A stretch of DNA of 64,000 nt. Source: Podarcis muralis. Lineage: Eukaryota. This document shows positions 1 through 12,785 of this stretch, in pieces. Numbering within the stretch: position 1 is the first letter of the stretch; each line of letters begins with the position of its first letter. Both the position numbers and the translations under genes were made by a program. The notes under the pieces were generated by a model that was given only the letters and a program-made list of their open reading frames with translations, had not been told where the DNA came from and made no database searches. The stretch is from contig NC_135662.1 of NCBI RefSeq assembly GCF_964188315.1, positions 48,608,001-48,672,000 of the forward strand, written 5' to 3'.

Positions 1-3000
1 GTCCTATGTAGGAGAAAGTGTCATTGCGCAAGCATAAATCCTTGTATTTAAAGGATAGTTAGTTACCATAACACTAAATTGAATACAAGCCATGGGAAGG
101 GATCTGTTGTTAAAAGAAAAGGGGAATTTAGGGCAATTTAGTTTCCAGCCCAGGACAATAAACCTTCACTGCTACTGAAGTGACCCAACAGCATTTGGCC
201 AGAACTGCTTAATCTGAAGAATCTGCAGTGGTGAGCAGACCTCTGTACGTGATAGAGAATATTTGGATACTGGGGGACTGTTTTTTCCTTTAAAGCAGCA
301 AAACCAATTTCATTAAAACTCAAGAGGTTTTTCCTAGGAAAACAGAACATTGGCCAGAGTCCCTCTCTTGAACAGGCACCCAGTGACAGATGTTACACAT
401 CTGGTACAATATGATGCTAGCATGAATACAGTGCCATGGGGGGGTGGGAATGTTTTTAACATCTCTATTAATTACTTAACACACTCTCTTCTTGCTTCCA
501 AAGCTATCGGTTGATCACAATATGTCTCAGTTGGTTTGTCAACGGCAATCTGTTATAAATGGAAGTGTTTTATTTCAGATATGTTATTCTTTGCAAATAA
601 ATATATGAAGTCATTGCTCTCAGGCAAAACATGCTGAATAAGAATTGTATATGTATAAAGGCTGAAAGTATCTTCCCAGTAGCTCTGGGGTTGCCAGACA
701 TCACTCAGCACCTGTGGCCAAGTACAGTTCCCCAGGATTCTTTGGGAAAGCCATGGCCCATGACTGTTTCAAATGTTAATATACTGCTTTAAAAGCATGG
801 TTCAGGGGGGCCTTATTTAATATTGTTGTTAGTTCTATATCTATCAATTTACTTTGAGATCTCTGGGCATAAGGCGATTCATAAAGTAATCAGCAGCAGC
901 CAAATGTTTTAAAAATTAGGGTTATGTGTACACAGGCTGCCAAATGTGCCAGCACCCATTGATGACTAGGTTGTCTAAATTCATTCTCTGGAATGTATGC
1001 CTCGTTTTAAATTTTAATCAATATATGTAAAATTATTCTGTGTAATGCATGTTTGTCTTTTATTCATGCAAAGTATTGTATCCTCTTTGATATCAAATTA
1101 CTAAGCTTTAATTTCTTAATTAATTTAGTTAAAGCAAGCTAATCAAGAAGTACAAAACCTTCAGTCAACCGGCAGCAACCTGAAGTCACGTATAGTAGCA
1201 ACTTAACAAAGGAATATAGTTAGCTTGCTTTCTTCAAAGTGAAAAAAAGTAGGTACTAGCTGCTTTGTAGGTCACAGAAATCGTGTGGCGGTGGTAGTGG
1301 GTTGCCCTCTGATTAAATTACAGTTATGGTTGTTTACATTTTAGCCATTCCTAGGGGCTTTAGTCAAGGACCATTAAACAGAGCTTCAATTGCATTAAAA
1401 TTTATATGAATGCATAATAACACAGCCTGTGACCCTGAGAGTATACTCAGCCAATTCTTCTGAGAGAAGAGTAGCTAAAATCATCCCTATGTATGACATT
1501 TAAATTAGACATATATCAAAGCTGGACTTGGGAGCTTTTATGTAAGCTGATGTAAATAATACTGTACATAAGATGCAAAAATCATGTAAAATCTATTTCT
1601 GATATATCATCATCAGTACAATTGCTTCTTCGAATATCTATTGTTATATTTCATACTGATGTTATGTTTGTATAAGATTGGTAGAAACTGAGATATTGAG
1701 TAGGATAAGACATGTCTTGAGTATCACTGTTACTGTCAGGTTCTATGCCTGGAAGCCATAACAAACTCCAAATATAACCAAGTAGCAGACATGTCATGAA
1801 CTAACCAGGAAGATTTCTATTAAAAAACTGTAATGTTTCCATATATCAGATTTAATTCTCTACTTACAATTTTCTTATAGGCTGATTTATACATTTGACT
1901 CTTCTCTTTTTTACTTAAGTCAAGGCAGAAGTAGACCAGGATAAAACAACTGGAGTTATAGGTGAATTGCTTTAGATGTTGTTACTTCTGGACAGTGTAG
2001 GTGGTAGCCAACAAAACAGTTCTGCAAACACTTTTGTCCGTGCAAGAAAACTTCCTTTCCTCAGCACAAAGGGTTTTGCCAACCTTATGCTCAGTGCTTT
2101 GGGAAGTGCCAAACACAGGGCTGGCAAAGCACTTCTTTCTCACCTGTGTACACCTGCCCATCAGCTGACTGCAAGATCAGTAAACCTCCAAAATGGCAAA
2201 CCAACCCATATTTTCTCTAAAGCATCCACAGAAGAATCCTGCAGTAAAAAACAATGTTAATGTTCAATGCACACAGAAACCAGAAACGGACCTAATTCCC
2301 ACTATGCTCGCAATAGTCACAATTTTTCATAATTAGGGATGCCACATTACTAGTTGTGTTTTTTATCTTGTGTTTTAATGTTGTGAACTGCCCTGAGATC
2401 TACGGAATAAAGGGTGGTATAGAAATTTAATAAATAATATATATATACAGTATGTACCACTGAAGGAAAAAATGATGTAGTTACTCCCCCTGTTCTTTCC
2501 CTGGTTCCAACTTTGACCTCATTGCAAGAGTCTTTTGGGCAATATAAGATCCCTGTTTGTGCCAATTCCTTCCCTGCTTGCTTATAAAGATAGAATTACA
2601 TCATCCTTTCAGTTTTAATGACTGACCTGGAAGTATCATTCCCTCACTATTTCTCCTGTGTTTAGTCCAGCATCCACTGGGATCATATCCAGAAGACTTT
2701 TATGGTGTATTGGTTGGTTCCCTACTGAAAAAATGATATTTTCTAACTGCTGCAAGCTTCTTCCTTTTTTTCATCTCACTGGGAAGATGGTAAAATTGTG
2801 AAATGCTTCCTTTGAGAGCCATGGTTTGGCGGGAGCCATGGTAACCATTAATAGCTACAGACTGTGGACCAGTATACTAAGAGTGCAGGACAGAAAGTAA
2901 TGCATGCTCTTTTAGGTATCTACTGGACATTCAAGTTCCTTTAAAATGTAATAGTCTCATAAGATCTATTCCTCAGTGGTGAACAGAAAGCAAAAATGGA

Positions 3001-3879
3001 ATTGAGCTGGGATGGGGGGGGGTGTTAGGAAGCCTTCTGAATGGTATTGTAACAGCTGAGACTGTCACTAAGCAACCTCCCCCCTGCCTTAGATGTTCCA
3101 CAAACAAATAAATGCAAAGTGTTGTTTTGGGGATTTGATTAAGCGGTTCCTGCAAAGCACTGCAGAGACCCATTTTATTGCATACAAAATAACACCAACC
3201 TTTGTTTTGCAGAATGGTTTAGCACTTACAGGCTTTATAGAATAACACATGCACATAATCATACACCAGCAGAACAATGCAGATGCTACCAAGTCTAACA
3301 ATCATAATGAATTCATTAGCATCCCCTTCACAAGCCTTGTCCCTCTGGTCGAAACCCTTGTTCAGCCATGAGGCCCAATGGCTCGTCTTGAATGAGTCAT
3401 TCTTTCTCAGCCTAACTCTGGTTACACTCTTTGTTTGTTAGATATGATGTACCACATCCTAAAGCTTTGGGAGAGGGCAGGAGCAGGAGAAAGCTACTAA
3501 TTATCCCTGGTGCAGTAAAAAAGCACAATCCTTGCTGAAAACAAACCCTAACTTACTTATCTGAGAAAGTGAGAGAGAGAGGTGCATCTTAGCCCAACCT
3601 ACTCCCACAGGGTTGTTGTGAGGGTGAAAGAACTATGGGTGAAAGAACCATGCATTCACCCAGAGCACATTGGAGGAAAAGGTGTAGTAAGTGCATACTA
3701 GAGATGTTCAGGACATTTTGGTGCCTGAAGCAGAAAGTACAAATAGAATTGATGGTGGCAAAACTATAGTAATAAAAAATATGACTGACTTTAGTTCCTG
3801 AAGGTAGATTTCAGAAGATGCTTGTGAGGGGCAGCTCCTCTTCCCAATGAGATCCTCACATGAATCCACCTTGTTCCCC

Positions 3880-4545
3880 ATGTTGTTTAACACTGACCCG
3901 TGGAGAGGTCAGTTAGAGAATTGGGGTTTTGTGTTACCAATATGCAGATGATACTCAACTCTCTTTCTCGCTTTCATTTCACTACAGGGAAGCTGTTGAG
4001 GTCCTGAGTATCCATGAATGATTGGGTGTTGGCTAACATGCTGAAGTTCGTAGACAAACAGGTGGTGGCTGGGGCAAGGCATGCTTTTGGAAAGCTAAGG
4101 CTGGTGTACCAGCTGCATCATTTCCTAAAGAAGAAAGACCTTACTAACATGCAATGGAGTACTGAAACCTGCTTCGTATGGGGCTGACTCTGAAAAGTAT
4201 CTTGGAATTTCTCTTAGTTCAGAATGCAACAGGTAGGCTTAGAGCAAAAGCCTGACCTTGGCTGCTGAATCACCTTTGCTGGTTCCTGATATATTTCCAG
4301 GCCCAATTCAAAGTATTGGCACTATATTTTAAAGCCCTAAATGGTTTGGGACCAGGGTACCTGAAGGATCATCTACTTCTGTATGAACTGGCTGGTGCAC
4401 TGTAGTCATTAGAGAGAGCTTTGTTTTCTGTCCTGTTCCCAGCAGGTGGCAGTGGTAGGTGAGCACTCAAGAGGGGGCCTTCTTAGTGGTGGCACGGGCA
4501 ACTGAGTGTTGAAACATCTTGTCCCAGGAAATCTGACCCTCTTTT
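3880..4545 (+). mobile_element. Old, degenerate L2-clade LINE fragment
   Basis: CAATATGCAGATGATACTCAACTC (QYADDTQL) and TATTTTAAAGCCCTAAATGGTTTGGGACCAGGGTACCTG (FKALNGLGPGYL), with many frameshifts. Confidence 0.75.
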
Positions 4546-5189
4546 TCTTTGTTAGGAAGGTAAAAAACTGTTTCAACAGTTTTAATTACATAATTGTGTT
4601 GCTGTCTGTACTGCTTATTCAGAGCCCACCCTATTTATCTGACTGCACTTTATTTTAACCATTTCTAATTCTGAATTAAATTGTTGTATCCCTCCCTAGC
4701 AGGGGCGGACCTTGGTAATATGCCACCCTGTGTGAGGCCAACATTTAACACCCTCCCCCCAGCCCTTGTGGTGCCAGCTTAAGCTGGGCAAACCAGGTGC
4801 TGGGCTTGGGGAAGGAGGTGTGAGGCTCTGGCAGAGTCCTAGAGCTCTCATGCCTCCTTCCTGAAGCTGGGCAAGCACTTACTGGGCTTGGAGAAGGCAC
4901 CCTCCTCAGCTGCACGCCCAGTGCCCCTGCACTGTTTGTACTGCCCTAAATCCATTTTTGCACCCTAAGACTTGCTTGGTGAAGGGTAGGCAAATGCCTC
5001 TGGCCCCAGTGTGGGTGGCATACATTTCATCACAAGTAAACCATATAATACAAATATATTAAATGGGAGGGATATTCTGATCTCATCTTCCACCACCAAA
5101 GTCTTGTGCAAAATGGTCTGACCTGGAATCAAAATGTATATAATGAGGAAGCCAGGTGCAATGAGGGTGGGAGAGGGTTTCATCATCTG

Positions 5190-5500
5190 TGAATGCCCTC
5201 TCATGCACCGCCACCCCACAAACTTTGCAGGGAACTGGACCTGCCAATAGGCCTGCCCTGGATATGCCAGCCTGGCAGGTCTATATGGGAGGAAGTTCGG
5301 GGCCCAAGTTGTTTAGGGCACTTTATGTCAATCTGGGCACCTTCAGTTGGACTCAGAAGCAAACAGGTGTCCCTGTGTAGGTCTTTAAGAACTAATGGAA
5401 TACGTGGCCCAGACAGTAATGTCCACCAGCATTTTGCACCATTGCAGCTTCTGAACCATCTTCAGCACATAACAATCTTCCCACATACAGTACATAACAA
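5190..5500 (-). mobile_element. Old L2-like 3' fragment
   Basis: GCCCAAGTTGTTTAGGGCACTTT resembles the reverse strand of the L2 'FKALNGLG' region. Heavily diverged. Confidence 0.45.
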
Positions 5501-5924
5501 TAGTTCAATCCTGACACAACAGGCTCCTACAGGTTCAAAAAAGCGGGTCCAAAAAAGAAAAAAATCACACAGGAAAGGGGAATGAAACAAATGAGTCTTT
5601 AAAGTCTCCTCCAAAGCCTGATATGTAGCCGCTGACCACAGCTATACTGGAATAGAGTCCCAGTGCTATTGTGATTCACTTTATTGTGATTATTAGCTGT
5701 CCTAGAGATCTCATTCCTGGGGTAGACAGGGGAATAGATATTTTGAATGTTTGCAATCTGTACCCCAAAATCTGCTGCTGGAGACATTCTACCACACCCT
5801 GCCTATAGTAGGGTCCTGCCAATTTACCCTAGGCTATAATATCCTGCTAGTGTGCTACAAAATCAAACAGAAACACATTTGTACTACTTATTCTAACAGG
5901 CAAAGCATCTTACATTTATTTATT

Positions 5925-5925
5925 T

Positions 5926-5965
<40 letters not shown>

Positions 5966-5975
5966 TCATTCTTTT
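5925..5975. repeat. (CTTT)n microsatellite
   Basis: Read directly. Confidence 0.9.
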
Positions 5976-6006
5976 CAAATAACCATACCACACACTTACT
6001 TCACTA

Positions 6007-6231
6007 CAGTGGTACCTCGGGTTACAGACACTTCAGGTTATAGACGCTTCAGGTTACAGACTCCGCTAACCCAGAAATAGTACCTCAGGTTAAGAACTTT
6101 ACTTCAGGATGAGAACAGAAATTGTGCGGTGGCGCGGCAGCAGCAGCGGGAGGCCCCACTAGCTAAAGTGGTACCTCGGGTTAAGAACGGACATCCAGAA
6201 CGAATTAAGTTCTTAACCCGAGGTACCACTG
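6007..6231 (+). mobile_element. Tc1/mariner-type MITE (about 230 bp), copy 1 of 5
   Basis: Terminal inverted repeat (TIR) CAGTGGTACCTCGGGTTA / TAACCCGAGGTACCACTG with TA on both sides. Confidence 0.9.
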
Positions 6232-7999
6232 TATTTGCAAACTGCCAAGCCACAAGACTCCTTCCAAAGGTAGGAACAAGGCTGGTGAAATTATTTGTGT
6301 ATCAATATAAGACCCAGTGCAAACATGTCTTATGATATTTGAGTGACACTAGCATTTTAGCTATTGACCTCAGTAAGGTGTTATCCAATGATAAGCCCAC
6401 TTTGTATTGTGTGAGATTATCAGATTCTCCCACATTTCAACGATGGTGATGGGGATCATCTTTCATGAGACCACCTTGACTTTGTAATAATAGAGGTTTT
6501 TTATCTCCCAGCTTAATCAGGTGCTATTAAGACTCTCATCTTCTGTTTTTCCTATTTCTACACATTGCATAAATTACTGTGGCAGTTCTAGAAATATTGA
6601 TCATGATGAAGTGCCATTGAATAGTTGTTATTGCTGTTGGCATCCGCCTGCCTCAAGGGACAATGGAGTGTGCCTCTGGGGGTGAAGGATTAGAGATGAG
6701 AATCATTGTCACTTAAGAACTGTGACCACCATGGCACTTGTCTAAAGGCCCACAACTGAACTATATTGCTTGAAGTGTATTGTCCTTCATTTTTACCTTA
6801 TTTCCTATGCTTTCACTCTTTATTTACTTGCAAGAAGCTTTTCTACCATAATAAACAACATTCAGCATGATTCTGCCCTCCTCCCCGAACTTTTGAATTT
6901 TTCATTGGCTGGCCTAGTTTTAATTAAAAGCTCTCTTCTTGAAGCCCTTTGCATGAACTACCCTTCTGAATTCCTGATAAGAGTGGTAGAAGAATACTCT
7001 CAATGACTAACAGAATATTTTCAATGCTCACTTAATGTAACCTTTTTAAAAAAAAATTAAAATGGTGGGTGGTTTTCAGTTAAGTTTCACTGATAATAGG
7101 TCTATTGAAATTAATGGACCATAGATATGCTCATTCATTTCAATGGGTTTACACTGGGTAAAATGTAGTTGAATACCACCCCATGGTTTGTATCCAATGC
7201 GAGTCCTATTCAGAGTAGACCCATTGAAATTAACCAACATATCTAACATTGGCCCATTAATATAAATGGGTCTACTTTGAGTAAAGCTTAGTTGTAATCC
7301 TTTGTTTCGTTCATTTTTATATAGTTATCCTGAACCACAGTTTATGAACACTCTGGTGCATCATGGAATTCTGTATGTTGAAAAGGTCCCACGGAAATGA
7401 ATGGGGAAGTTGTCTACTTACCTAGCTCAGATCACAGCGATAGGATTCCAAAATGTTCTTTTCCCCCTTCCTTTTGGGGTTAGACATATTTTTGGAGCAG
7501 GGTGGATTTTTAAAAAAATGATTTGATTATCTTGTATTGTGTTCTGCTTTTAACCATTCTGTTTCTCATATTTTAATGGTTCTAAAAATGATGATGAATA
7601 GGCCCAAACCTATTTGACTTGCAGTTCTAGGCATTCCAGCTCACCGAAACAGCTTTATCAAGTTTAAGTGCAAAGGATATCAGTTTGGGGATTGCAGTCA
7701 ACATCAGTCTACTGGAGATTTTCTTAGTGCTCATCCTCTGGACAAGAGTTGCTTATCTTCCGGGCAATAAAACCTGTTCTGATGCCAGCCTGTGCTACAG
7801 GCAAGCAGTGGTAGCAGAACAGATTTATTGCTATTGCTGCTGCGGCTGCAGCCCCAGCACCAAAGGGCTTGTTTTTGCCAAGGAATAAACATTAGGAAAG
7901 TGTATAGGTTGCAACAATACACCCCAATGGCTACAGAATTAAGTTTCCATCATCTCTTGCCCCCCTCCTCCGCGCAATCCAGGTTTATCATAGGCTGAA

Positions 8000-9860
8000 A
8001 CTGGCCGAGGAGCCTCAATAAATACGCATGCAGAAAGAGAGAGCTCTAGGAAAAAGTGGCTCGCGCTGAGAGCAGCTTGGCTGGGTGACAGAAGGGGAGG
8101 ATCATGCGCACAGAGGGGCAGCGTCAGTACGGGAGACAGCAGCGTTTGCAGTTTTCTCTATTTCAGGAGCTAAGGCGAGGAGCAAAGAGCTGGCTTGGGG
8201 AGATCGGGAGGTGCAGTGGCGACGAAAGCGAGGGACGGCGAGGAGAGGGTGGCTCGGGAATGATGAATGAATGACGGTCTCGGTTTGCGAAGCTGGCGAA
8301 GCGGAGAAGGAATCCGGAAAACACTTGTCTGCGTCGGACATAATGAAAAAGGAGTCGATGTTGCAGGCTGCAACGTTACCGTGAGCTGCATCGAGCGGAT
8401 TGGAAAGAGCTGGGGGGGGGGGGGAGGAAGATTGCCACCGATTGTGCTTCGTGTGTGTTTGTTTTCTGACCGAGGGGTGGAGGAGAGCAGCCCGTCTCGC
8501 TGAATCAGACCGAGGAAAAAGTGTGAGCTTTGTGGTGGGCGAGGTGGAAGCAGGAGTGATGAGAGAGCAAAGGCGAAAACTAGAGGAAGGCGCTGTTGCT
8601 GCGGGGCTCTGCCGGGAGGACTGTCGCCTCCGCCACTCACACTCCTGCGCTCGGCAAGGGCTCGAGGAGCCGCAAGTGTCCGCCCCTCCCCGGCGTCTTC
8701 TCGGGCAGCCGGGACCATGGAGACTTTGAACGGCACCAGCCTCGGCGAGGCTCTGAAGCCGCCGCCGTCGCCGCAGAGCCCGCACCACTCCTTCGCCGAG
8801 AAGAAGAGGCTCCACCGGGCGCCTTCCCCGGCCAGACCTTTCCTCAAGGACCTCCACGCCCGGGCAGCTTCCGCCAAGCCCCCGCCGGTGCCCCCCAAAT
8901 CCCCCAGCCTCTCCGGCAAGCCGCAGTCCCCGCAGGCGGGAGCCCGCCCGCACTCGCCGGGGCTGCTGGCCACGCAGAGCCGCCTCTCCCGGAGGAGCTG
9001 CGCCCAGGGCGCGAAGGCGGCGGCGGCGGCTTGCCTCGCTGCCGGCGCGCCTGGCAAGGCGGGCAGCGCCAAATCCGCCCTCTCGAGCAAGAAGGCAGCC
9101 CGGGCCCAGGATCAGGCGGGCGCCAAGGCCGGCGGGAGGCAGCCCGGGGGCGACCCCAGCAAAGGCAGGAAGGGCAAGCGATGCGCCTCCTTGGCCCCGC
9201 CGGGCTCCCTGGTCCCGGCCGCTGGGCTGGGCAGCGGACCCGGCGCCAGGATCAGCCACACGGACAGCAGCTCCGACCTGTCCGACTGCCCGTCCGAGCC
9301 GCTCTCCGACGAGCAGAGGCTGGCTCAGGCCGCCAGCAGCGACGCGGAGTCCGGCACCGGCTCCAGCGACCGGGAACGCGAGCAGCCGCAGCCAGCGCCC
9401 CCTGCTCTGCCCCCGGGGCCAGGCGTCGCCCATCAGCCTGCCTCGCCTTCTTCGGACGCCGCCAGCAAAGGGCCGCCACCTGCCTCCCCGGCTCCCTCGG
9501 GAGCCGCCAACGTGGAGCAGCCGCCGGGCGACGAGGCGAACTGGGGGAGAGCCCCGGAGAAAGCGGCGCCCGCCAAAAGCGCGCCGCCTGCGGGGAGCCT
9601 GAGGCTGGGCGGCAAAGCCCCGCTGGTGGTGCTTCCCTCCTGCGAGAGGCAGCTGGTGGTCGACGAGGAGGAGCTGCTGAGGGAGATCGAAGAGCTGCGC
9701 TCCGAGAACGATTACCTCAAGGTAAAGGGCGGGAAGAGGGAGGAGGAGGGCCTGAGGGGGCAGCCAGCGAGGCGGGGAGGCGCCGAGAAAAGGCAGCGCT
9801 TGGCTGACTTGGGGGCAACTTCGCAAAAGTAGCAGATACTCCAGACACCGACTGGGGTGG
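8000..9860 (+). promoter_or_regulatory. CpG island covering the MTCL1 promoter, 5' UTR and exon 1
   Basis: Abrupt rise in GC content and CpG density relative to AT-rich, CpG-poor flanks. The exact transcription start cannot be placed from sequence alone. Confidence 0.85.
8717..9721 (+). CDS. MTCL1: MTCL1 (microtubule crosslinking factor 1 / SOGA2) coding exon 1, 335 codons
   Basis: Strong Kozak GGGACCATGG at 8717. Translation METLNG...RLHRAPSPARPFLKDLHAR...RISHTDSSSDLSDCPSEPLSDEQRL...SSDAESGTGSSDRE...EEELLREIEELRSENDYLK matches the vertebrate MTCL1 N-terminus as I recall it. Donor AAG|GTAAAG at 9721/9722, phase 0. Confidence 0.95.
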
Positions 9861-10642
9861 GGGGGTGGGGTCGTCCATCTGGAACAAGGGCAGTTTCTTG
9901 GCAATGAGGGAGGGGATTCCTTGGGCCAAGGAGCATTGACAAGCCGGACTGGACGGCTGGGAAGTTTCCTTCCCAGTTTGAGCTATTGTAGGATGTAATA
10001 ATAGTGGTGTCTGGTGTGCTGGTCTAGAGGTAGTAGTTTCTAGCGAGGAGGAGAGATATGGATGCCCTCTTTCACCCCATCTTCTCCAGAGCAAACGGGG
10101 TTCAACTTGGTGGTTCCTGAAGTTTTTCTGCTAACGGGTGTTCCTATAAAAGACATACAAACGCCATGTCTCATGGCTGCAGAAATATGCGCTCGTTTTG
10201 TGTCCTGCAGTTGAAGCACAGTAATGTCAAACTTCTTTACGTTCAGAGGGGTGGCGGTGTATAAGTCCCCTGCAGCAAAAGCAACCCAAAGAGTCTTGTG
10301 ACCCCTTAAAGTTAGCCTTTTAAGCGAGACTCTGTGTTGGTTCTTCTTTCCATTTAGGCATGTGGGCTCTTCAGAATGGTGCTGCTGTGCTGGGTTCCAG
10401 TTTAGAACCTTGCAGCTCCCTCGAAGGGGGCTGGACATTCCTTCTTCTATCAGGGCACTTTAATTCCACAAGAGAGACACCAGTTCTGTAGACACGTTCC
10501 CAAAAATGTTTGTGTGGCTGGAAGGGAGTGTGGCTCTTGGAGAAGGAGGATGCCAGTCTTTTCACCTCCAGGATGTGTATGAGAGAAGCAGTTAGTTATT
10601 TATGCTTGGATGTTGTGCGAGATGTTTGTGAATTAGATACTA

Positions 10643-10884
10643 CAGTGGAACCTCGGGTTAAGTACTTAATTTGTTCCGGAGGTCCGTTCCCAACCTGAAA
10701 CTGTTCTTAACCTGAAGCACCACTTTAGCTAATGGGGCCTCCTGGTGCTGCCGTGCCACCGGAGCACGATTTCTGTTCTTGTCCTGAAGCAAAGTTCTTA
10801 AACTGGAGCACTATTTCTGGGTTAGCAGAGTCTGTAACCTGAAGTATATGTAACCTGAAGCGTATGTAACCCGAGGTACCACAG
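10643..10884 (-). mobile_element. Tc1/mariner-type MITE, copy 2
   Basis: Same TIRs and TA TSD. Interior reversed relative to copy 1. Confidence 0.9.
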
Positions 10885-11660
10885 TACTGACATCAATTTC
10901 CTTTCCAAATTCCTTTCAGCTCCTCTTTATAGTAGTCGGATGCTGCCCACTTTAAAGTAGTGTAGGACTTTGGATTTAAATCTTTGGGAAAGTATGGTAC
11001 TCATGAAGCAGGTTTGTGTGTAGTATGTAATATTCCGTAGGGAAAAAATCATTTTAGTAGGAAAGTTTCTGAGAAGAATCTTATGCAGTTTGTTCCTATG
11101 CATGTTTGTCTGGAAGGAAATCCAAATAGGTTCAGTGGCATTTACTTCCAAGGAAGTTTGTCTATGACTGTAGCCTCATTCAGCCTGCTGAAGCACAATC
11201 ACAATCCATAAGGAAGAATAGATGTTTTATTCTTGGAATCTGTGAACAATTGTTTCCCACTTTTATATTTTACTTTGTTTACAAGCCACTATATGTTGCA
11301 TTCTGTTAGATTTCAGTTATGTAAATAAGTTGCAAATCATACAATTGTTTTCTCAACTTACATTTGGCATGGTGGTTTTCCAAAAACTGTAATGCAACTT
11401 GGAAAGTTGACGTAAGTGGAACTTGCTTCCAATTTAAAATGAGGACTGAGTTGCCTTTGAGCTTCAAAGTTTTTGTTTTTATTGTTAAAATATTATTAAA
11501 GACATAAGACAGCATAGTAGAAGCATGTAGATATTTGACCTTCCACTAGTAGTTTGATGATCTAACGCAGTAACATATGTAATTTTTTCTCTGTGGAAGT
11601 CTGACTGGCAAGCTGGTTGGTTAAAATGCTAGTGTTCTAAAAGCTGGTTATAGCTTAGAG

Positions 11661-11857
11661 CAGGGGTAGGCAAACAAAGGCCTGGGGCCAGATCCGGCCC
11701 AATCGCTTTCTAAATCCAGTTTTTACATGAGTAGAATGTGTCCTTTTATTTAAAATGCATTTCTGGGTTATTTGTGGGGCGTAGGAATTCGTTCATATTT
11801 TTTCCCCAAAATATAGTCCGGCCCCCCACAAGGTCTGAAAAAGTTTGCTGACCCCTG
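11661..11857. mobile_element. hAT-type MITE (197 bp)
   Basis: TIR CAGGGGT / ACCCCTG. 8-bp TSD GCTTAGAG / GCTTACAG. Confidence 0.85.
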
Positions 11858-12273
11858 GCTTACAGTATTCTAATCTCTCTGATAACTGATATATAAAATA
11901 CCTGCTTTCAATAACATCCCCCCCCCCCCCATAATAAAATGAAATGGTAAAAAATAGAACGAAGATAGAAGTTAAATAGTTGTTTTGATATTCAGTATAT
12001 ATAAGTATAGTTTGTTTGTGAGGGAAATGACAGGTGAGAGATCACACATGGAGAGCTCTCTGAATGCAGGGTTGTCAACATTTTTTATGGTAGGTGTTTA
12101 ACAGCTGTGGCAGGGGGCGAAATTAGCAGAGGCTTTTCCTGCCATGGAAATTGATAGGCAGTCTCTCTGTGCTAGATTTCTGTCTGCTGGGCAGCTGATA
12201 AAGACACAGGGGGTTTTAGTAGAAAGGAACTGCCCATCCTGTCTGCATAATCAGTTGCAGTGTGCCTCAACTG

Positions 12274-12785
12274 TCTTCTTCTTCTTTGGTGATCACTCAC
12301 TCGTAGCCGAGTAAGATTGTCTTCCATAAACACAGTTTTAACATGAGTCTGTAAGTGACTGTGGAGGCCAATTCTGGATCCACACGTCCTTCCACAGGGG
12401 GGACATTGGTTTCCGGGCAGGAGTTGATCACGGTGTGGATTTGCCAAGCATGCCTTCCTCTTAGCACGTTTCTCCCTTGCGTCCTGAGTTCGAGTGTCTT
12501 CAAAACACCTTTGGTAAAGGCTATTCTCCACCTGGAGCGCTCGTAGGCCAGTGTTTCCCAGTTGTCAGTGTTTATACTACATTTTTTAAGATTTGCCTTG
12601 AGACAGTCTTTAAACCTCTTTTGTTGACCACTAGCATTATGCTTTTCATTTTTAAGTTCAGAATAGAGTACGGTAGTTGCTTTGGAAGACAATCACCAGG
12701 CATCCGCACAACATGACCAGTCCAACAAAGTTGATGTTGAAGAATCATTGCTTCAACACTACAACTTAGCTGCAAGTCTTCTCAA
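12274..12785 (-). mobile_element. RTE-clade LINE 3' fragment with C-terminal zinc finger
   Basis: The - strand encodes QLCWTGHVVRMP...LYSELK...GQQKRFKDCLKANLK...CPPCGRTCGSRIGLHSHLQTH. (GAA)n tail. Confidence 0.85.

Noticed and set aside
8102-9904. 600-aa antisense ORF (also the 306-aa antisense ORF 8170-9090 and the 403-aa sense alternative frame 8596-9807)
   Set aside because: These are shadows of a very GC-rich coding exon where stop codons are rare. They are low-complexity Arg/Gly/Pro/Ala translations with no recognisable domain.
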